NCBI GenBank assembly: GCA_900542055.1
Contig: UQMA01000005.1
Span: 1-61,999, forward strand
Direction: 5' to 3'
Source: an uncultured Azospirillum sp.
GTDB lineage: Bacteria; Pseudomonadota; Alphaproteobacteria; RF32; CAG-239
Length of the DNA stretch: 61,999 nt
Part shown: in pieces, positions 56,238 to 61,999 of the stretch
Layout: every line of letters starts with the position of its first letter
Numbering within the stretch: the first letter of the stretch is position 1
Program-made: the position numbers and the translations under genes
The notes under the pieces: model-generated
Told to the model about the DNA's origin: nothing
What the model saw: the letters and a program-made list of their open reading frames with translations, nothing else
Databases searched by the model: none

Positions 56238-59200
56238 TTAGGCTCCTTTTAAAACAGAAGTTGCAACTTCCGCATCAAAACAAATTTTAACTCCGTCAAT
56301 GTCTGCCAGAGTTCCCTGTTGGCAAGAAGAAATAACTTTAACAGCCAACACCTGTTCAGCGATATAATTTTCGTTTTCTTTTAAGGCAACAGCTAAATTT
56401 TCATCAGCCGTATGCCAATTCAAAACAATGCGATCGGAAATATTAAAATTCTTATCTTTACGCAAAGTTTGAACCAAACGGACAAAGTCGCGTGCCATGC
56501 CTTCGCGCTTGAGTTCAGGCGTTACATTTGTATCAAGCAGAACCACCGCTTTGTTATCAGCAAAAGCTTGTCCGGCGATACCTTCTTTCATTTCCAAACG
56601 CACTTCAAATAAATCATTATTCAAAGTTTGTCCGCCAATATTCAAACTACCATCAGAGCTTAACTCCCATTGTCCCTGCTTATAAGCAGCCATAACAGCT
56701 CCCATTGCTTTCCCCAAAGCTTTACCTAGCAAAGGCGTATAAAGATATATTTTTTTATCAGCATAGTGAGCAAGATTATCGTCGAAACGAACTTCTTTTA
56801 CATTCAATTCGTCTTTAACAATTTCCTGATATTCGCCGCCGAAATGTCTGCCCACAACTGTTAAGCTGTTCAAAGGCAGGCGGTTGCGCAAATTTTTCTC
56901 TTCACGAATAAATTTGCCGGCAGAACACAGTTCTTGCAGAAAATCCATTTCTGACATCAAAGTTTCGTTGGTTTCAACAGCTGACAAATCTGGATAATCA
57001 GCTAAATGAACCGACTCGCCTCCGGTTAATTTTTGATATACGTATTCACAGGTAAACGGCATTAGAGGAGCCATAATTTTGCTTAAATTTGTAAGCACTG
57101 TATACAGCACATCAAAAGCCATGCCGTTTCCTTCCCAAAAACGGTCACGTGTGCGGCGAATGTACCAGTTATTCAAAATTTCCATAAAAGATGAAATTTC
57201 ATTGCAGGCCATTGCAACATCATAAGTTGACAGGCCTTTCTTAACAACAGCTGCCAAATGTTTTAATTTTGCCAGAATATAATTATCCAGAGATTCTGTT
57301 GACGAGCTGACTTCTTTGGCTTTATAACCTTCGGCATTTGCGTACAATGTGAAGAAATAAAAAGCATTCCACAATGGAATTTGCGCTATGCGGGCTGCCT
57401 TTACAATTTCTTTGCCTTCTTGGTCAACAGCCAAATTTCCGCCTTTCAAAACCGGAGAAGAAACCAAGAACCAACGTAATGTATCCGAACCGATTGTATC
57501 CAAAACCATTGTCGGATCAGGATAATTTTTAAGGCGTTTTGATAACTTTTGTCCGCCCTCAGCCATCAGCAGTCCGGTGCAAATACAATTTTTGAAAGCT
57601 GGTTTATTATGAAGCGCCGTTGACAATACAGTCAAAGTATAGAACCAACCGCGGGTCTGATCCATTGCTTCAACAATAAAATCAGCAGGAAAATGTTCTT
57701 CAAACCACTGCTTGTTTTCAAACGGATAATGAACCTGCGCATAAGGCATTGACCCAGATTCAAACCAACAGTCAAATACGTCAGATACGCGGCGCATCAT
57801 AGTCTGTCCGGAAGGATCATCAGGGTTCGGATAAACAACATCATCAATATAAGGCTTATGCAAATTATTTACGCTAAAACCTGTTTTTTCTTTGATTTCG
57901 GCAACCGAACCGAAAACATCAATCCGCGGAAATTTAGGATTATCCGATTTCCAAACCGGAATCGGCGTACCCCAAAAGCGGTTACGGGAAATCGACCAGT
58001 CACGGGCGCCTTCCAGCCATTTGCCGAAACGTCCGTCTTTAATATGTTCCGGAACCCAATTGATTTGCTGATTGTTTTTAACCATTTCATCACGGAAATC
58101 CGTTACTTTTACAAACCAGCTTGACATAGCTTTGTATATCAAAGGAGTGTCCGTGCGCCAGCAAAACGGGTATGAGTGTGTATATTGTTCTTTTTTAACC
58201 AACAATCCATTAGATTTTAACCATTGCATAATTGGTTCGTTAGTTTCAAAAACCTGTTTGCCTTGATACTCAGGAACTTCTGCAGTAAATTTACCAGCCT
58301 CATCCACAGGGCAGACAATCGGAAAGTTTTCATCATAAGCGCGGCAGGCTTCAAAGTCATCTTGTCCGAATCCGGGGGCAATATGAACAACACCGGTGCC
58401 ATCTTCAACCGATACAAACTCACCGCTTAAAACTTTAAAGCAGCCTTTTGATTTCAAATGCTTAAAATAAGGGAACATCGGCTCATAGCTCAAACCGATT
58501 AAATCGGATCCTTTTAGCGTCTGAACTTTAACTGCATGTTCCAGCTGTTTTTTGTAGCGTCCCAGCAACGCCTCAGCCAACACATATTTTTGACCGTTTT
58601 CTTCCATAACGGCGTAGGTAATGTCTTTGCCGACAGCCAACATAAGGTTGGAAGGCAAAGTCCAAGGCGTAGTTGTCCAAACTAAAATATTCAAACCGTT
58701 TTCCAGTTTGAACAAAACCGTAATTGCGTTGTCTGTTTTATCCTGATACCCTTGATTGACTTCAAAGTTTGATAACGGGGTTTCAGCCGCCCATGAATAA
58801 GGCAGAACCCTGTAATCTTCATAAACCAATCCTTTTTCATACAGTTGTTTAAAATTGGAAATAACACTTTCCATAAAAGGAAGATCCATAGTTTTGTAGT
58901 CATGATTAAAGTCCACCCAACGCCCAATGCGTTTGAACATATCAACCCAAATTCCAGAATACTTCAAAACATCCGAACGGCAAAAATCATTAAATTTTTC
59001 CACCCCGAAAGCTTCAATTTGCTTACGTCCCGAAACGCCGAGCTGTTTTTCGGCTGACATCTCTGCCGGCAACCCGTGACAATCCCATCCCAAACGGCGT
59101 TCTACTTTTTTGCCGCACATTGTTTGAAAACGAGCAACCACGTCTTTTACATACGACACCATGATATGTCCGTAGTGCGGTGTGCCATTGGCAAACGGAG

Positions 59201-59348
59201 GACCGTCATAAAAAACAAACTCAGCGGCGCCATCGCGATTATGCACTGATTTTTCAAAAGTTTTGTCTTCTTCCCAAAAATTGAGAACTTCTTTTTCTAA
59301 TTCTACAAAGTCAGGCTTTGCCTTAACTTCCGGGTAATATTTGGTCAT
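56238..59348 (-). CDS. ileS: isoleucyl-tRNA synthetase, type 2 (eukaryote-like) form
   Basis: PFANGTPHYGH (HIGH), KLSKRLKNYPDP (KMSKS), CP1 editing region. 1036 aa with no C-terminal Zn-finger Cys cluster seen. Confidence 0.93.
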   Translation of the reverse strand: MTKYYPEVKAKPDFVELEKEVLNFWEEDKTFEKSVHNRDGAAEFVFYDGPPFANGTPHYGHIMVSYVKDVVARFQTMCGKKVERRLGWDCHGLPAEMSAEKQLGVSGRKQIEAFGVEKFNDFCRSDVLKYSGIWVDMFKRIGRWVDFNHDYKTMDLPFMESVISNFKQLYEKGLVYEDYRVLPYSWAAETPLSNFEVNQGYQDKTDNAITVLFKLENGLNILVWTTTPWTLPSNLMLAVGKDITYAVMEENGQKYVLAEALLGRYKKQLEHAVKVQTLKGSDLIGLSYEPMFPYFKHLKSKGCFKVLSGEFVSVEDGTGVVHIAPGFGQDDFEACRAYDENFPIVCPVDEAGKFTAEVPEYQGKQVFETNEPIMQWLKSNGLLVKKEQYTHSYPFCWRTDTPLIYKAMSSWFVKVTDFRDEMVKNNQQINWVPEHIKDGRFGKWLEGARDWSISRNRFWGTPIPVWKSDNPKFPRIDVFGSVAEIKEKTGFSVNNLHKPYIDDVVYPNPDDPSGQTMMRRVSDVFDCWFESGSMPYAQVHYPFENKQWFEEHFPADFIVEAMDQTRGWFYTLTVLSTALHNKPAFKNCICTGLLMAEGGQKLSKRLKNYPDPTMVLDTIGSDTLRWFLVSSPVLKGGNLAVDQEGKEIVKAARIAQIPLWNAFYFFTLYANAEGYKAKEVSSSTESLDNYILAKLKHLAAVVKKGLSTYDVAMACNEISSFMEILNNWYIRRTRDRFWEGNGMAFDVLYTVLTNLSKIMAPLMPFTCEYVYQKLTGGESVHLADYPDLSAVETNETLMSEMDFLQELCSAGKFIREEKNLRNRLPLNSLTVVGRHFGGEYQEIVKDELNVKEVRFDDNLAHYADKKIYLYTPLLGKALGKAMGAVMAAYKQGQWELSSDGSLNIGGQTLNNDLFEVRLEMKEGIAGQAFADNKAVVLLDTNVTPELKREGMARDFVRLVQTLRKDKNFNISDRIVLNWHTADENLAVALKENENYIAEQVLAVKVISSCQQGTLADIDGVKICFDAEVATSVLKGA

Positions 59349-59526
59349 TTTGAACCCCTGTCTAACAAATAAATTATTGAACGGATTGTTTTTGAAAAAA
59401 TAAAGAATGTATAAAGAAAAGCATATCCCCTAAGGGATAATAATCGAATTTATATGTATTATGCTTTTAAGCATTGATTTTTCTTCCTTTGAACTGCGGA
59501 TAAATTTAATACAATATATATGACAA

Positions 59527-59569
59527 GTCAAGTTTTTATAGAGAAGCATAAAACATCATAAAACTTGAC
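59527..59569. promoter_or_regulatory. back-to-back divergent promoter-like elements whose -35 boxes form a 10-bp inverted repeat
   Basis: GTCAAGTTTT-23nt-AAAACTTGAC. Rightward TTGACA-17-TAATAT; leftward TTGACT-17-TAAATT. Confidence 0.4.
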
Positions 59570-59612
59570 AAAAATATAAAAACAGCATAATATTTGTCTA
59601 TAAAATATTTTT

Positions 59613-60116
59613 ATGTCAAATTTAAATTATTATCTGCGTATGAATGCATTTTTTAAATTTATCGGTGCTCATGATGAAAAAATTTCAAAAGTAGAGTTAA
59701 GCGTTATTGCCTGCATTGCAATATGTGCCTGCTTTCTTTTTATTTTTTCTTTGTCATTGGAAGACAAAAAATCGAGTGTTGCTTTGTTTTTTATGATTAT
59801 TTTAGGACTGCTTTCCCTGCGGTTTTTCTTAGTGTTTTTGGCGAATTACATAGCATTCGGCAAAAAAATCAAAGAAGCAGAGAAACAGCTTGAAAAAAAG
59901 TTTGGAAAAACTAAAGACGATTTTTTGAACAAGACAAACGCCGAATTTGCTGTAATAAACAGAAATCTGCAAATTGATGCCGTCAAATTCGGATTGTTGT
60001 TTCTTCCGGTCGGCTTTTTAGGATGGCAGGTTGATTGGTGGCCTATTTTTCACAATGTAAAAGAATGGCTCGCCTCTTTGGTAAATATTTTCATTGGAAT
60101 GTTTACCGCATTATAA
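59613..60116 (+). CDS. membrane protein of unknown function
   Basis: 167 aa. 2 TM, then a K/E-rich loop, then 2 TM. Confidence 0.55.
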   Translation: MSNLNYYLRMNAFFKFIGAHDEKISKVELSVIACIAICACFLFIFSLSLEDKKSSVALFFMIILGLLSLRFFLVFLANYIAFGKKIKEAEKQLEKKFGKTKDDFLNKTNAEFAVINRNLQIDAVKFGLLFLPVGFLGWQVDWWPIFHNVKEWLASLVNIFIGMFTAL

Positions 60117-60136
60117 TTAATTCTGTCTAAAATGTT

Positions 60137-60173
60137 AAAACTGCGAAATCATAATTGATCTCGCAGTTTTTTT
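60137..60173 (+). terminator. Rho-independent terminator
   Basis: CTGCGAAATC-ataatt-GATCTCGCAG (one mismatch) followed by T7. Confidence 0.75.
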
Positions 60174-60269
60174 ATAATCTGTTTTAAAATTGAAAATGCT
60201 TTATACGTTGACCAAGATGCAAAAAAATGATACAATTATTTATTGAATTTAATTTGAAAGGCTTAAAAT

Positions 60270-60557
60270 ATGAGCGAAGCTGCAAAAAAAGGCGTTGATA
60301 TCGCCACCACTTTAGCAAAATACGGCATAAAAGGCGCCGGAATTGCCATACGGTGCGGAGCGAGAGCATCGGGAGCAATGTTGAGCGAAGTAGGCAGTAT
60401 GGCTTCTTATTTTTCAGGTTGCAGTTTAGGAAACAGCATAGGGAATTTTTTAATATCCGAATCTCAAAAAGCCCTTAATTCCGTAACTAAAAAAGCAGAA
60501 AATATCGGCATTTCCGGAATTAACGCATTAGCTGCAAAAGTCAAGAGCAGACTTTAA
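60270..60557 (+). CDS. small Gly/Ala/Ser-rich protein of unknown function
   Basis: 95 aa: GIKGAGIAIRCGARASGAMLSEVGSMASYFSGCSLGNSIGNFL. Preceded by AAAGG. Confidence 0.5.
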   Translation: MSEAAKKGVDIATTLAKYGIKGAGIAIRCGARASGAMLSEVGSMASYFSGCSLGNSIGNFLISESQKALNSVTKKAENIGISGINALAAKVKSRL

Positions 60558-60844
60558 TGAAAAACGCTGAAGATTATCAGGTTATTGTCGCGGATGACGG
60601 CAAAATTGCCGTTATTATTTCTGCTTGCAATGGTCTACCCTCTTCTCATCCTTATATCTTATATAAAAAGGAGCTGACAGCAGCTTTACTTTATAGAACA
60701 AGCGCCGATATTATTGTCTTGGATAAATTGCACGAACAAGCGATGAAAATTTTTGAGAATGCCGACAAAGTTGTTGTAATTGAAGCCGATTATGCAAGCA
60801 AAACTGCTGTTTACGATTATGAAGCCAGAATTATACATGAATAA
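60557..60844 (+). CDS. small cytoplasmic protein of unknown function, translationally coupled to the previous ORF
   Basis: 95 aa. TAATG overlap with the upstream ORF. Confidence 0.5.
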   Translation: MKNAEDYQVIVADDGKIAVIISACNGLPSSHPYILYKKELTAALLYRTSADIIVLDKLHEQAMKIFENADKVVVIEADYASKTAVYDYEARIIHE

Positions 60845-60877
60845 TTTCGTCTGGTAACTTTTATTTACTTAAGATTA

Positions 60878-60918
60878 AAAAAATCCCCTTTTGCATAAAA
60901 GCAAAAGAGGATTTTTTT
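60878..60918. terminator. bidirectional terminator
   Basis: ATCCCCTTTTGC-ataaaa-GCAAAAGAGGAT (one mismatch) flanked by an A-run and a T-run. Confidence 0.75.
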
Positions 60919-61666
60919 AGTGTTCAAAGTCAACGGAATAAGCCACATTGTGCACAACAGATTCAAATGATGGTTGTTTTTTTATCGAATCGACGATTTC
61001 TTTCGATACTTCGCCCATCAAATCACCGTTGTTTGAAAATTTTTGCCACTCAACGCCGTTTCCAGCTAACAAATACTCTTCAGTAACCACACTTTTGTGT
61101 TTTTTGATTAAAGTATTTATTTTTTCGGTAACAAAAATCACCTGTGAATACTCATTTGGCAAAATTTTCATTCCATCAAAAGAGTACATTCCCCAACTTA
61201 AATTTTGTTGATACATAATGGCATGTTTACCATAAACAATTTTAAAGTTTTGGCAAGGACCTATAACTTTGCCTGATTCTGCTAAAAGCACATACGCTTT
61301 GCCATCTTCGTCTTCAATTGAAAAATATGGCTCTGAGTCATTTTCACAAAAGATAACCGATGATTTTTTCACTTCAGGCAAAATACTGTCACCACTGACA
61401 GTAAAGAGGTCTATACTACTGTTGTCATAGTAATAAGCCACAATGTAACCAGCTTTTTCTTCGACACTGTAATACTTGGCATCACGAAAGACAACACCCA
61501 TACTGTCACAAATTCCAACTTTTTTACAACCATCCACGCGTTCAACATAAGATGTAAAATTGGTTTTGCCGATTTCTGCGTAATCCTTTTTTTTGTCATG
61601 AAATGTCAAAAAACCGACAATCAAAACAAATGCCAAGAAAATAAATATTTGCTTCATAAATTGCAT
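60917..61666 (-). CDS. membrane-anchored/secreted protein, possibly WG-repeat-like
   Basis: N-terminal hydrophobic anchor. SWGMYSFDGMKILPNEYSQV resembles WG-containing repeats (weak). Confidence 0.45.
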   Translation of the reverse strand: MQFMKQIFIFLAFVLIVGFLTFHDKKKDYAEIGKTNFTSYVERVDGCKKVGICDSMGVVFRDAKYYSVEEKAGYIVAYYYDNSSIDLFTVSGDSILPEVKKSSVIFCENDSEPYFSIEDEDGKAYVLLAESGKVIGPCQNFKIVYGKHAIMYQQNLSWGMYSFDGMKILPNEYSQVIFVTEKINTLIKKHKSVVTEEYLLAGNGVEWQKFSNNGDLMGEVSKEIVDSIKKQPSFESVVHNVAYSVDFEH

Positions 61667-61753
61667 AATAATTAGTATTAAAAATTTTTATTGTAAATTA
61701 TGATACATCGTTTTTTATTTTTTTGCAAGCAGTTAGACAAAAAAATATCAATT

Positions 61754-61999
61754 TCAAGGTTCAAAAACTTCTCCACAAATACACGGAACGGGAACGCCAG
61801 TTGTAAATGGAAAGCTAATAGGTAAAAGATTTAAACGTCGAACCGCCCAAAAAGCAGCAGCCTGCGCATCTATAGCATCTACATTCCACCCTTTTTCGGC
61901 AGTTGTTTTAACTGTTGTTTCAGGCAGCCTTTGTCTTAAAAAACGCATTAAAGTCGGATTTTTTGCTCCGCCGCCGCAAACATAAACTTCTATCGGCGG
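61754..61999 (-). CDS. anmK: anhydro-N-acetylmuramic acid kinase, C-terminal part (N-terminus outside the window)
   Basis: Continues in frame to the window edge: ...PPIEVYVCGGGAKNPTLMRFLRQRL...AFWAVRRL...PISFPFTTGV. Confidence 0.75.
   Translation of the reverse strand, partial: PPIEVYVCGGGAKNPTLMRFLRQRLPETTVKTTAEKGWNVDAIDAQAAAFWAVRRLNLLPISFPFTTGVPVPCICGEVFEP

Overview
AT-rich chromosomal window from a Gram-negative bacterium. Gene content looks alphaproteobacterium-like (ATP12-type chaperone, ApaG, CarD, DUF3108, BamD-LpxC, mraZ-rsmH-ftsL-ftsI, type-A RNase P RNA); this taxonomic placement is an inference, not a database result. I support about 65 protein genes, one certain RNA gene (rnpB, minus strand, abutting lpxC), one unclassified GC-rich candidate ncRNA near 51.6 kb, many Rho-independent terminators and a textbook triple MraZ operator. 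Housekeeping blocks: ppiD; gltX-recN-bamD-lpxC; a truncated dcw cluster; mreB, miaA, ddl; recX through acyP; carD, trmL, ileS. Accessory or unusual content sits mainly at 2.2-5.5 kb, 8.9-10.1 kb, 13.4-18.7 kb, 20-25.8 kb, 46-50 kb, 51.6-54.7 kb and 59.6-61.7 kb. The best candidates for something new are three. First, an orphan toxin/immunity-like pair (HNH/AHH-like C-terminus plus SUKH/SMI1-KNR4-like protein, 16.0-17.8 kb) with no recognisable delivery domain, next to a PH-domain membrane protein with a prion-like N/G/Y/Q tail. Second, an MCE/PqiC-type lipid-transport operon that ends in a tail-anchored FtsK-like motor lacking both the N-terminal membrane domain and the gamma domain. Third, secreted HExxH and Cys/His hydrolase-like proteins and compositionally foreign orphan genes. 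No CRISPR array, rRNA, tRNA or transposase was recognised by eye; the only mobile-type gene is a solitary small serine recombinase. All protein calls rest on motif recognition from the translations; no searches were run.
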